Positions 1-12,592 of a stretch of 64,000 nucleotides of DNA are shown here, one piece after another. The stretch's first letter is position 1. The number at the start of each line of letters is the position of its first letter. The translations under genes and the position numbers were made by a program. Origin of the DNA: Botryllus schlosseri (taxonomy: Eukaryota); NCBI GenBank assembly GCA_051294905.1, contig CM119371.1, positions 36,396,001 to 36,460,000 of the forward strand, in the 5' to 3' direction. The notes below the pieces were generated by a model that was given only the letters and a program-made list of their open reading frames with translations, searched no databases and was not told the origin of the DNA.

Positions 1-842
1 AGTTCGAACTGACTGGTCTTCCTTCGTCGTTTTAATATAATGGCTGAAGCACCGTCGACGTCAAGTGGGTTACTCACAAAGACGCAAAAAAAGAGTGACG
101 TGTGGAAGGATTTCACTCTGGTGCTGCATGATAATAACGGCCAGTATACCGGGTTTGCGAGCTGTCAAAATTGCAATGTTCAGCTAAAGCATCACAAGTT
201 GACAAGTGGTACGCCGCATCTTCGAAGACATATTGAAGCGTGTAAGAAGAATTGATCGCAGTTGAAGAAAGTTCCTTTCTTCCAACAAAAAAGTAAGCAA
301 GAAATCAAAGGAGAAGGTGATCATGGGGAACACTGATCGCCGGGTGGAGAATACCGAAGAAGTGCCGGTTTGCTGTGGTGTTGTGCAGAAGACGTTTTGC
401 CATCCAGATTTACGGTGAAACGTAAGTTGGATGAGGAGGCTTTTTCTTTGAAGCAGAAGCTGTCAGAGGAACTAAGAGTTGCTATCAAGTGTTATGGGCT
501 GGCTGGCATCACCACAGATATGTGGACCGATCTAAAGGGTCGCAGTTCTATTAGCTTGACTGTCCATTTTGTTGGAGAGAACTTGACTCTCAGAAGTAAT
601 GTTGCGACTGTTCGGCAATTCACGGATACTAAAAAACTGGTATGAATATCAGACAGGCTATCGAAAACATCGATTGGGATTCTTCGACAATGGTCTGAAT
701 ATGTTTCGGAGACTGGACAAGATTGTCCGGGTTATCTCGGAGTCTGGGATTGAGATCCCCGGAGTCCGAGGGACTTTGCCTCAGAGGCCAAAGTTGTCGG
801 AGGGACTCGGGAGTCTCGAAAAGCAGACTCCGCTCATCACTG
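1..842 (+). mobile_element. hAT DNA transposon (Hobo/Hermes-like), right part, with degenerate transposase
   Basis: ORF 40-255 is a BED zinc finger (SDVWKDF...CQNC...GTPHLRRHIEAC). ORF 370-645 has hAT motifs (LPSRFTV, TTDMWTD, SLTVHFV). Subterminal CGGAG(T/A)C repeats at 695-830 lead to a hAT-type end ...CTCATCACTG at 842. Stops, frameshifts and an internal deletion are present. Confidence 0.8.
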
Positions 843-987
843 CTTCGTAGGGCGTTCCGTTTGGTCCTTGGATCGTTGCCCACCAACTATACATATTCTT
901 TTCATCGAATGGTCCTGCTCGGATACCTTCGTAAGCATTCTGCTTAAATTTTGCTTGTTCATATATCAAACGCTTCAAAGCACGCAT
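843..987 (-). pseudogene. Ubiquitin-conjugating enzyme E2, intronless N-terminal fragment cut by the hAT insertion
   Basis: MRALKRLIYEQAKFKQNAYEGIRAGPFDEKNMYSWWATIQGPNGTPYE matches the UBC N-terminus (ALKRL..E, W.ATI.GP..TPYE). Similarity ends exactly at the transposon terminus (842/843). Confidence 0.8.
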
Positions 988-1152
988 GCCTATCGAATGA
1001 TAGTATTCGAACTGTCGCACTTGCTTTCAAATAAATTATAATTCAATCTAATTATACATGTAAATAGAAATAGGTTACAGAATAATGAATGATATGATTA
1101 ATATATGAAATGACATGCGTCGCGCATTTCAAATCTACAACAAAAAAATATA

Positions 1153-1479
1153 TTAATGTATGAGATGAGATGCGTCGCTCATTTCTAATCTGTAACAATT
1201 TTTCATAAATAGGCTGTTTAATTCCACGGCGGTTCCTTGTTTGATAGTAATACACTTTCCATTTATGCGGACATCTTCCTCATTAATCTTCATTGATTTT
1301 TTTTCGTTGTCTTCGTCACGTATGATCACCCACGTATATCCTTTACGGCGTTTTATTATGAACTGCTGCTCAAATTTTATCGTCGCTACACCCGTTACTA
1401 TTATACTCTTTGAAGTTTGGTCCATTGTAATATTTGTTGGAGATTCGAATTTGACATCGTTAATCACTATTCTTCCCAT
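1153..1479 (-). CDS. Orphan intronless ORF, 108 aa, unknown function
   Basis: ATG-initiated, protein-like composition (I/K/V-rich), on the same strand as and about 165 bp upstream of the E2 ORF. No recognised domain. Confidence 0.4.
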   Translation of the reverse strand: MGRIVINDVKFESPTNITMDQTSKSIIVTGVATIKFEQQFIIKRRKGYTWVIIRDEDNEKKSMKINEEDVRINGKCITIKQGTAVELNSLFMKNCYRLEMSDASHLIH

Positions 1480-1547
1480 CGTCGCTCAATTTCGTATTGA
1501 ATGACTTAGCATCAAATTTGTGACTTAAATAGTTCCCTAAACTTCTT

Positions 1548-2345
1548 CTACAATCATTGTCAATACAATGATGATCACACCATCGCGGAATAAACATATA
1601 TATATGATCGCAAACTTGTCACGTGATCAAAGCTATGTATGGTGCAATATCGCTAGGTTATTACCCATTGTGCAATAACGGTCACACAACTCTTTCGCGC
1701 GCTTTTCTCTGTTTGATTTGAAATTCAAAAGTGGTCACGTGATTGGAGTCGGTCTAAATACCCACTTTGACGCGTTAATCAAAACAACAGCAACGAACGC
1801 TAGGCGAGATGGGTAGAAGACTGCAAATCCTGAACAATGGAGAGTGTAACACCAGAACGAGCGAAAATATACTTCGAACATTTGGACAAGCACTGGGAGA
1901 GGAACTGGGATGGAGCTTGCGATGGGATGGCTGTATAGGAATAATTGGACTGTATATAGGAATAAGAATGATTTGTAGTGATGCTAAAAAAATATATAAT
2001 TACAAATTTGGTACGTGATCAAAGCTGTGTATGGTGTAATATCACTAGCTTTGGACTTGTCTACGGTATTAACCATTGCACAATACCGTAACGTTCGCTA
2101 GCACACACCCCATTATGCTGTCACGCTTCGCTCTCCTAACCCACAGCCATTAACACCCATTATGCAATCAGCTGACACCCCATTATACAATCAGCTGACA
2201 CAATCATTGTCAATACAATGACGGTTACGCCCGTTATTGACATATATTGTCACCCATTGTCCCTATTGAAGCACTATTGATATAACTCTTTCGCGCGCTT
2301 TTCTCTGTTTGATTTGAAATTCAAAAGTAGTCACGTGATCAAATG
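1548..2345. repeat. Cluster of interleaved direct repeats
   Basis: CTCTTTCGCGCGCTTTTCTCTGTTTGATTTGAAATTCAAAAGT(G/A)GTCACGTGAT at ~1690 and ~2286. CACGTGATCAAAGCT..GTATGGTG..ATATC..TAG at ~1620 and ~2012. ACAATCATTGTCAATACAATGA at ~1550 and ~2200. Short ACACCC(C)ATTAT repeats at 2105-2200. Confidence 0.8.
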
Positions 2346-2406
2346 CTGCGATGTGATTGGAGCGGAGCTGGATTATCACTTATATACTACTTGCATTAAA
2401 CCTGCA

Positions 2407-5400
2407 TATGTATGAAATCCAAATGGGAATTCGAATTCCATTAGTATGAATCGCCCCTCGGAAGCATACCAGCCACTAAATACTTCCTACCCCCTGTTAC
2501 ATCCGACAAAAGCATGCTCACTGCAATCCATTCGCGCGTGGTAATTTCAGGTTGATCAATGGAGGCAATACAATATCCGGTGAATACAGATTTTAGGATA
2601 GATTATACAGCGGATAATTCGTACAAGACAAAATGTCATCCAAATAATCGTAATTCGGCATGGTGCGCTGAGCAGCTAGTCCCGTCCCTTATAAAAAAGC
2701 GGCGTAGAAAATACTTTAAAAATGTGCTATTTCACGCTCGAACGGTCGATTTCACCCAATTCAAAGCGGTTTATATGTTAGAATTTCTTCAAAGCGTATT
2801 TGCAACTTAAAGATGCATTCTTAATGTGCGATATTGATAACGACATTTATTTCTCACTCTTGTGTTCCAGGAAGACCTTGGCAATAGCAAGACATCAACG
2901 TTCAAATTGTACTACAATATAGTCTCGGAATCCGCATTTGTCTTCATGGAATCGTCCATATTTTAAAATAAACATTTTTCCAATGAATCGTATCGCATAT
3001 GTCATGATTTAATTCCACTCGTTGTCGCATTGCATTGATATAGGTAATGATGAATAGCGGGCGATCCGAACTACACGTGAGAAACCTATTTGCACATTGT
3101 CTGGCTGGGGAGCCGTCATATATTCAACAGCGAAAATCAATTAGAGAGAAAAGCGAGATGATGGAAAATGGAAGTGCGTAATCAATATGTCAAAATTTGA
3201 AATCAGCAAATCAGCAAATAGCCCCTATCCGGAAAATAGATCACGGTCTGATAAAATGGCAGCACCCTGGCTGAACCTGGAGTAAAGCCATTGTCTCAGT
3301 TTCCGACTTGCCTTCCAAGACTTGATCGCAAATAAAGGCAGAAACACACAAAAAGTAACCTACTATATCATTTTCGCTTGAGAATAAATCGATAATAGTC
3401 AGCACATGGCGCCTCATTTACGCGGCATGTATTCTCAGCGAAGTCTAAAGATTCATCTTCGTGAATTAGTCAGAGACGTGAGCATCACGAACAAGACAAC
3501 TTAAGGTATAGTTTTTGCCCAAACCTGACATTCTTTTGCACCAACGTCGACGCCCAGGCTATACCTGCCACACGAATAAATAATATTAGTCATGATATGA
3601 ATCCGTCTATTCATCTATCCTCGCGTCATCGGGGCACGTGCCATCTCCAAATAGGCCGAGAGTGAATGATTCTCGACCTTTTGAGTTTTTATGTAGTAGA
3701 GTTGTACCACCATCTCCATGTCGCCTGTAATATCGGGCTCGAATCGCTACCATAACAGATTGCCTGGTGCTGCAGGTTTAGCTCGCGCAATGGCTTAGTG
3801 CAGGGGTCTCAGACTCAAAAGTGCTGGCAGGCGAATTTTCTAGTTTTTGATAACGCCGCCGGCCTCAACATCAATCGACGTGTCGAGTGTAGTTTCAAGA
3901 AGGCCTTATTTGACGGGACGAAATTGTACGCTTGGAAGTCAGTCGACGGAGCTGACTGACATTAAACACACATTGTGAAAATGGGATCATTTACTGTAGC
4001 AAATCACGCTGGAACAAAAAATAACCTTTGTAAATAGTGGAGCGGGCGTGGACCGGAGTCGGATCGGATCTTTAAAAAACAGGATCGAAGAAGGACTAGA
4101 TCAGTGCTCTTCAACCTTTTTCGACGTGGTACACCCTTTTAACGTTTGCTCAAAACTCGTACACCCCTGTTCACATAAAACACCCAAGTCGCTATTGGGC
4201 CTATTATCATAAGGATTAGCAATCTATAGAAACTGCTAAATAGTAATTAGGGCTTGAGATTACCGTACTATCTGATGTATCGATAAAGCGAAACGACACA
4301 TGTCTGTTCTGTCACTTTTAAATACATGTGCTGTGTAGTCACTAGATAATTTGTCGATGCACTCCGCCCTATTATATTGTCGAAGATCAAACCCAAAATA
4401 AAAGCTTCCGCGGCGGCGGTGGTAGTATAACCCACTACGAAAAATTGACGCCAGTTGGGAACTTAACATTGACGATTTTTTTAATGCTTATTGCATTCTA
4501 TTTCCACTTTGCTATGTATGTACTATAGGAAATGAGCGACATGACAAGCGAAGAAACGTTGTTACTAGGGATGGTGTGAACCTCTGAAAGGTTCAGGTTC
4601 GTGTGAACGCGAACCTTTTTGAAAGGTTCTGTGTGAACACGAACGTGAACCTCATGACGTCACATGACGTCATATTGCTAAAATTCCAGTCCTATCTTTT
4701 CATGAAGTGATAGGCTTTGTACACGATACCTAGCGACGACTCGGGCCACATAATGTCACAATACTGAAGTACATATTCGCGTTTTAAACCGTCGCCAAAT
4801 TTATCAACTCAGGCAATTAATCATATAATAATCCCATAAATTAAATATCTTCCGACGTTTTACCGACAATTTCGACGAGGACTTGCCAGGGAATATAAGC
4901 TTACGACCTAAAAGTCTAGGCCAGACCGGACAATGCATTCGGTGTCTGATTATTGCTACATTGATATTGAGCAGAGTGTAAAACGGGTTTCTATACTTGC
5001 TCTTGAAATTTTACTACAAGTTATACAGCTGTAGCCAGCAGCTCAATCACACGGATTTGGTTCCAATGATACAGTAAACCTGCTATATTTGTTGCATCAG
5101 AAAACGATATCAATCTCATTTATTGGTCGGGTAAGCATCATTCGCTGACTGCATGTAGTGTATTTCGCTCTTGATGTCGTGCGATTGCGGGCTAATATAG
5201 CAGCAGAGAGTCACTAAATTTTCACAACCGGAAAGCTGGATATTTCGAGCAAACTTTTATAACAAAGCAAGTAAAGTTTTTGAGATTGTCAATGGGCATG
5301 CTCGTTTTGTGTTGATTTTTAATGCTACCAGCATCATGCACATAGAGTGGCCCGCAGTTGAAATGCAATAAATTCAAAACAAAGAGGTATTCATGCAGTG

Positions 5401-6739
5401 AAAATTGTGATATATGAAAAAGGTTAACAGTGCAGAACCTACCAAGGTTCTGTTGTGAACGCGAACCTCTAAATTTCCGAGGTTCACATACAGAACGCGA
5501 ACGTGAACCTCAAGTTCACACCATCCCTAGTTGTTACAATAATATGACAGCATTATGAAAATATATGCCCAACCCTGTGTAACACAAGTCTCTTTGATGC
5601 AATAGTAAGCCTATAAGATTTTCCTCAGTTGCTTTCTGTGACTGTTCTAACTTGCGCGAATTTTACTGGGGCATGTTTGGGGCAAGAGGAAGAGAGAGAG
5701 AGAGAGTTGGTGCGACTTACTGAAGTTAAACCACCGATATCACAGTTTACTATTACCAAGTGCATTTCTACTGGTACTACGCAGAGAATGAACAGATGAA
5801 TCATAAAATAATTGTAGAAGTCCTGATCAAAATCATACCAACAATCTGCATGTTAAGGGCCGACATTGCTGTTCAATGGCTGACTTTTCTAAATTTAAAT
5901 CTCAGTGTTGTAAAGACTCGATTTGACTTGCGTCATTTTCTTAAATGCGGAAAGCGACTCGACCCAACTTGTGTCATTCTGTGTATTCATTGCGCATGAC
6001 TCGAGACATGGGCGGCCTAGACAGGTATTTAATTGTAATTTCGAGGAATTTTTAGGTTCCCACACTAATGATTGTTTCTTGCTGTACATTTATTGTGGCT
6101 TCCATGTGCCATCAACCAGATATGACATAAGAGAAAAAGCGGTCAATCACGAGTGATGCGGTCATGCACAGTTGGGTAAGACTTCTAAGACATGACTGCA
6201 TGCCTTGCCACTTTACAGGAAAGCATCATCATATAAGAGAGAGAGAGAGAGAGAGATTTATTTCTTCGTCAACCGGAATAAACAAAATGAGTAAGCATGA
6301 AAAATGCTCAAAACAAAACAAAAACACATACACAGTAATAATAGTGTGTAATTGCCTCTATAACGGTATAGACAGGTGCCGGCGATATGATCCTTACGAT
6401 CTTCATGTCAATATATTACATACAATAATCCACGTAACAATGATATCTCGTCTAGTAGTAGTAGTGGTACTTGAAAATGCGACCAGAAACCGTTAAAATT
6501 GCAAAATCGTGGGCGGACGTTGTGCCCGCATATTTTGCGGAATCTCACACAATATCGGGTAGGTACATTGCTAGTTGCCGGACATTCAGAGCGATTACTT
6601 GTGTCATCGAATATTATATCTATATACGCATAATATCATCACTCATGATCTGTAATGACATCAGAATACACACATGTTCAGTTGTTAACACACTGAATTG
6701 TTCGACAGCTTCTTAGTCACGTCTCGGTGACATCTTCTA
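2407..6739 (+). repeat. Local segmental duplication, copy 1 (paralogous to 15431-20034)
   Basis: Collinear high similarity from CAAATGGGAATTCGAATTCC through GTGACATCTTCTA, interrupted by copy-specific insertions. Confidence 0.92.
4566..5529. mobile_element. Non-autonomous hAT element (TAGGGATG termini)
   Basis: TIR TAGGGATGGTGTGAAC / GTTCACACCATCCCTA. Perfect 8-bp TSD GTTGTTAC. Subterminal GTGAAC repeats. A relative starts at 55359. Confidence 0.9.
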
Positions 6740-7280
6740 TCATAGTGGTCGGGAACTTTCACAAAGTCGTGATTTACCGTGCCGTGGGGGCCAAACTCTA
6801 ATTTTGACGAACCGATATCTCGTGAAAGCTTGCAGATTGCTTACGGAACCGATATGGACTTCCTGAGCTAACGTTTAACTAGCAATGAAATTGAAGACGT
6901 GTTACTGTGGGCATTTCATGTTAATCTTGGGGGTTCAATAATTTAGGAGCCATACTTGTATTCGCTAGATGGCGTATGCTTGACGATACTTCATGGTCTG
7001 GTCTAAGGGAATATTCTGGATATAGCTGCGTGATAGGATACATTTTGTCAATCGTAATTGGCCCAGCGGACGTTCCCCCACTGTATCTACCGATCTTGTT
7101 AGGACAATATCTTATTCGTGCTACTACTGTGACGTATTATAATTTGGATATAAGGAAATTCGATCAATTGGAACTTCAAGCAATATACTGTTTCTACCAT
7201 ACTTCAAGATCGCGTATATTTACGTAGCGAAACTTATATGACGTTGCGACGCTGTAAGTTGAAGGGAAGACAGCTTACAC

Positions 7281-8980
7281 CAGTGGTTCCCAACCTTTTT
7301 CGGTGTCGGGGCCAAATTTAGAATTTCGGAGTACGGCCGGGGCCGCACGAATACCAGGGCAATGAAAAGGACCCAAAATAGTCATCAAAATATGAAAATT
7401 GGCATTGTTCCGATCAATCGCTCAAAACCATTGGCCATGGTTATGGTCTTTGTGTTGCTGCGCTCCCATTGTTCAGAACAATCGACCTTTGGTGGCTATT
7501 TCGGAGCAGTTTTATTGCCCTGGCAAGATTTCAATTCGTATTTTTAGAATCAGTGCGACAGTAGCTTTCAAAATATTCGGACGTTTCGGTCGTGATCTGT
7601 AGGACTGCCAACTATGCTGCTTTCTGGGCCGTTTAGGGAGTCAGCTTTTATTGCCTAAACGCGCGAAGCGCGAAAATTTTCTGTAATTCATAATTGAATC
7701 GGTCAACATGATCGGGAATTGCATGTATATTGCTATCAATTTTTATCCTCTCTCTGCTCACGTAATCAGTTTTACAGGTAGAGCCGAGGGAGGTGTGTTT
7801 GAAAAGGTAGGACCCCTCAATAATAAATAAACATCTACGGGCGTATATCTGTTGGCAGGAACGAAAGAGCACTTCGTGTCGTGAGCCCCCTCCCCCTGAA
7901 AAACTTTGGTCTTGGGCTCCCATAGGGTGAAAAACCTGCCCCTATCACCTTGTTCGCTTTCACCGCGAAATTAACTGTACCGTTAAGTGAGCCAGCGCGA
8001 GGCGCGAAATTTTCGAAAATTTATGATAAAATCGGTCAATATTATTGGGAATTGCATATATATTGCTATAAATTTCTTGTCCTCGCTGCTTACGTAATCA
8101 TATTTACCGGCAGAGCTAACTGAGGTGTCTTGGACACTGCAGAACCCGTTGGTATGACCCCGTAACATGATGTTATTTCGTAACCTGCTGTCTTCTATAT
8201 CAAAAGATATAGAATAGCCCAAACGTATGCTGCTAAACTAAGAGGCGCACACATTTCAAATTGGTATTTCTTCACTGGAATATAATTTGTCCCTGCGGCA
8301 TGATATGTGTCTTGTGTGGCTCAGATTGCCAAGACAGTATTTTGAATATATAACGAAGCTTCGTTCAGCATAACGGCAGTCCTTTTCGGCCAAGGTTTTC
8401 TCGCTGACAATCGATCTGACACACTTCTTGGAGTCGCATGTTACATGCCGTAAAACTTAATATGTCTTGGTGCTTCGTGGCGCATTAATGACAAACGCCG
8501 ATACGACCATTTCGATAAATATTTTTTTTGGGGGGATGAGTACCCCAAAGTCAAGATATTTGGCAGCATGAAATCACGCCTAGAGTAAAAAAATGCACAA
8601 ATTTTCAAAAAATACACTATAATTTATACTTATTCACGAAATAATTTTGAGCCCCCTTCGAGCTCGCCTCCTCCCCAATTGGAGGGTGTGTCGTGCCTCA
8701 GTTATGGTCCTGTCTATACCTATATCCATAGCTACTGCTCGTTCAACTGGAAAGTAAGGGCACATTGCAGAGAAACAGCAGCGACGTAACGTTAGTAGTC
8801 TACTTACGACTATCCTGCAATCCTAATTCAAAACTTCAGACTCCAAGCCAAGTATGTGCATTTCATAAATGTAAAATTTTATTTTTCGTCAATACTCGAT
8901 TTCTTATTATTTTGTGGGGGCCGCAAGAAGGCTATCTGCGGGCCGCATGCGGCCCTCAGGGCCGCGGTTGGGAATCACTG
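7281..8980. mobile_element. hAT (Charlie-like) MITE carrying a nested inverted element (~7590-8712)
   Basis: TIR CAGTGGTTCCCAACC / GGTTGGGAATCACTG. 8-bp TSD GCTTACAC. The internal segment is a reverse-complement relative of 52893-53865 and 57680-59285. Confidence 0.88.
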
Positions 8981-10049
8981 GCTTACACAGAATCATATAG
9001 ACAGATCAGCGACCGCTACAATACGCGATGCAGAAAGACAAAACCACGACACTAGTGAAATTCCTAGGCAATTACTGCAGTAGGCTACACCATACAAGGC
9101 AATGCGAAATAAGTGGCTATTGTACCTTTTTTATTGTAGAGGAAAATGAAGGCATGAAGCATGTTATATCTATGAACTGTCGGAGTCTAAGCTTGGTGCA
9201 ACGTTCGACCGACACAATGTTATGTTCTGTCAAACCGGATGTTCGCACGACCGCTGGCTTCCAGTCTACGCCTCGCACGCGAATAGATATGATATTAATC
9301 TATCACTTCACGAAGCTTCAAGCACCAATGATTGATTTCCGATGACTTTACTTTTCGTCGTTGTTTTATGCTACCATGGCTGCTAAAAATAGGATGTCGC
9401 TTCATGTTTCGGTTGTAACAAATTTAGAAAACTTGAAAACATGCATCGCTCCCGTGCACGAAATAAGACATTTTCTCGATTATGCCAATATTATAACGTA
9501 TGTAATGACCGGAGTCATGACTCGAACTCGTGTCGCGATGTTTTGGTACTCGAGTAACTGTGCATAGCTCGGCCAAGTCACATTAATGGAGACTATGGAT
9601 GGCCATAACAGGTATTTCGAATAGCAGGTTGGTTTCCACATCATTGGCATTTCGTGTATCAAGAATATCTAGTGAAGTCTAGTAATACTTCTAATAGGAG
9701 TTTTGACTGAAATTCAAAACAAGACATTGTCGAACAAGTCAGTATGTGGAGGTTTGTGTGTTCTGACATAATTGCACACTATGCGTTATGATACCCTATA
9801 AATGCTTGTTTAAATGCACACGCATAATTCATAACAAAATCTATCACGAAACACATGCGTTCGCTGTCCCTGAATCAACGATAGGACGTCGCATTTTCGA
9901 CACGATAACAGCATCCCACTAAGCGCAAGCTCTCGTCACCGACAACGAACGAAACGTCTCACCTAAAAACTGATCACATATGGAATCAGTCGGAAAGTAT
10001 CTTACCGCCTGAATTTGACAATAAATAGTCAACCATCGAACCCCTGGTT

Positions 10050-11747
10050 CTACCCAGTCAACAAAAGTGTGTATATTCAATGCCGAACCAGGCGAAGACA
10101 GTGCAGGAGAGAAGTGAACGCAACCGTTTTGACATTACAGTGAGGCGGCACCTTTGATGTACAAAACTGATCGCTCTCGAATTCAAAAGATCGATTGTTC
10201 GCCTTTCCATCGGTCGGCCGGGCAGATTGGTGTCAGCGTTATTAAGCAATCAAATTGCGCATGATTATCACGCGGCTTTACCGTGACGTCTCTTCTGCCA
10301 AGCTTTGCCAGGTTCGTGAGCACTTGAGCGTGGAGTGATTGTGATGTCATATGTAATCGGATGTTGTTTACCGTTGCACACTTTAAGTTTGAATTATCGT
10401 CCGTACCGTCGAATTGTATTTCCGAGATTATAGCGATGGAAGGGAATATGAATGAAGTTCTTCGTTGAGATAAGTTGAGCAAGATATAGTTCAGGTTATT
10501 ATTGAAATTTCCTACATGCTTGCTTAGATGTGTATTGGTAGGCAAATGGTGTTTCGACTAGCAGATCAGTCATACTACACTGTAATTGCTTGCTTGCGTT
10601 AGGCTTGTAAAATAGGACTTGATATAAATGCTGACTTTGACTTTTCCGTGGCCTGAAATGTCAGGTTGGTGGTATTGAACAGCGTGATACTTGTAAAGTG
10701 CTCTGAACGTGATGCGTACTACCGGCCCTTTGATATTTTATTGCTAAACCGCGGATGTGTGTCGTTGACCCTCGCTGAATGTTGACGTGTTATAGTTATG
10801 GCTTTGACATCATTTGTTAGTGCATTCATTAATGTAGGCTATGTATATTAACGAAACATAGGATTTGCTCAAACCATCTATTGTCTGTGTCTGCAATATC
10901 TGTGACTGAATTTACAATCGTTGATGTTCGTTACAACAGTTGGCATTTCAACTGTTCAGCCAAATACTATGTCTGGTGATAATTTCTGATTATCATTTGT
11001 GATACTCATTTCAGTTGACCTACGAGTTGTTTTGTTGCTATAGTAAGCCTTTATTTTACAACTGGAGACTGAAGCCATGAAGTGATTGTGATATGTCCAA
11101 ATATCCGTGGGTAGACGTCTGATGGTGAATTGAAAAGAATGCAGCGTTGGCGAAGGCAACAGTTTATAAAACATCGTGCTCTAAGCATTGGATCAACCTG
11201 CAGAGACAATGTCCATGATCAGTATGATCACCCGTCTATCACTTCACTACTAATGATATCTGGCTGACAGTACATCGCACGAATATGAGACCAGTGGAAT
11301 TACCGAGATATCAGAGACCAGGCTAAGCCTATACTTGGGATATATCATTCACAATTGGGTTCTGAATGAAGTTAGCGTGCCACACAGTGAGCTGGATGCT
11401 TTGATCCTATTCTTCCCGCCAAGGCACAGGCTTGTTTGATAAACCAGATATTGTCTGTATTATAATTCAACGGCAGGAATAGTTGTATCAAACTGGTCCA
11501 GGAAAGAAGATCTCTCGGTATCTCGACTGTGTCGTTTTATGCATTTCATATGACCGTCTGTTTGTATTTTACCGGTATTTTGAATGTATGCTCGTGCTGG
11601 ATTTTAATATAACTAACACGACAATGAAAACATTGTAAAATTGTGATGTCTTTCAACATAACGTTAATATATCTGCCAGAAAGCAACCATGATTCAGGTA
11701 GCGATAGGGTTACTAGCGGTTGTAAGCTGCAGTGGCGAGAGGGTTAA
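10050..11747 (+). mobile_element. Probable highly degenerate piggyBac fossil
   Basis: Broken motifs in expected order: FRLLLKF/LH (~10490), LTCYSYGFDI (~10782), STVQPN (~10948), ALDQPAETMS (~11185), Cys-containing C-terminal remnant (~11520). Ends in GAGAGGG|TTAA at 11743. The left end is not resolved. Confidence 0.42.
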
Positions 11748-12016
11748 TGAACGGCAACAAAAGGGTTAATGAGGCTGCGGCTGAAGTGCGAAAATTGTTT
11801 CTTTTGAAGCATCATTTTGACATCGAATGCGCGTAATACGCTGGGCGATCGCTTCCCATTTCGTTGACTGGGTATCATCTTTAACCCCTGCCATGTTTAC
11901 TATATTACGTCATCCTCGGCTAACCCAATGTATGCCCGGGTTTATCAACATGCGGCTCTACGAGACGTCGATTATAGGGAAAGAACAAGTCCACGAAACT
12001 AACGTAAACTCTAGAA

Positions 12017-12592
12017 GGGGGGTCACCCACTCGTGGCCCGCGCGGTTATATTTTTCGGACCGCGACCTGATTTGAGATTTCGGAAGAACACTTAATAAAG
12101 CAGTTTGAAACGCTGAAATTGATTTCAGTTTAAAAATGTTGTAGTTGTGCAAAATAAACTGTGACCCACATCGGCATTCTACATTAGCTGATACGGCTTC
12201 GGCGATGATAATAGCATTCTACGGACTCGAGGTTTCCCCATGAGATCAACTTGCCGAGGAGATAGTTCTCTAGCAAGTACCATGTCTAGCTAACCCCAAT
12301 ATCGAATCCTTAGAAGCTGAAAAGTTTTGTCAGGTATCGTGTGCGGCTCATGGTTCAAAATAGAATGATAGTGACGTTCATGAAGTTGTTTGCTGCATTT
12401 GTATTTCTTCAGTAAAATATCATTTATTGTGTGGTAGCTGTACCCGTCGGCCATGCTAGAGAGCACAGCGTTTTAAAAGCGTGGTTTGTGAGCTATGTGG
12501 CCGATTTTATTACGATATTAATATCACGCGGCACGCGGCGTCTACAAAATTTGAAAAGTGGCCAGCAACCCGTTTTAAGTTGGCGACCCCTG
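12017..12592. mobile_element. hAT MITE
   Basis: Ends GGGGGGTCACCCAC ... GTTGGCGACCCCTG with degenerate TSD CTCTAGAA/ATCTAGAT. An inverted partial relative is at 18318-18715. Confidence 0.7.

Noticed and set aside
5760..6716. ORFs shared with 19455-20062 as conserved genes
   Set aside because: The similarity reflects the DNA duplication; frames and stops are not conserved between copies.
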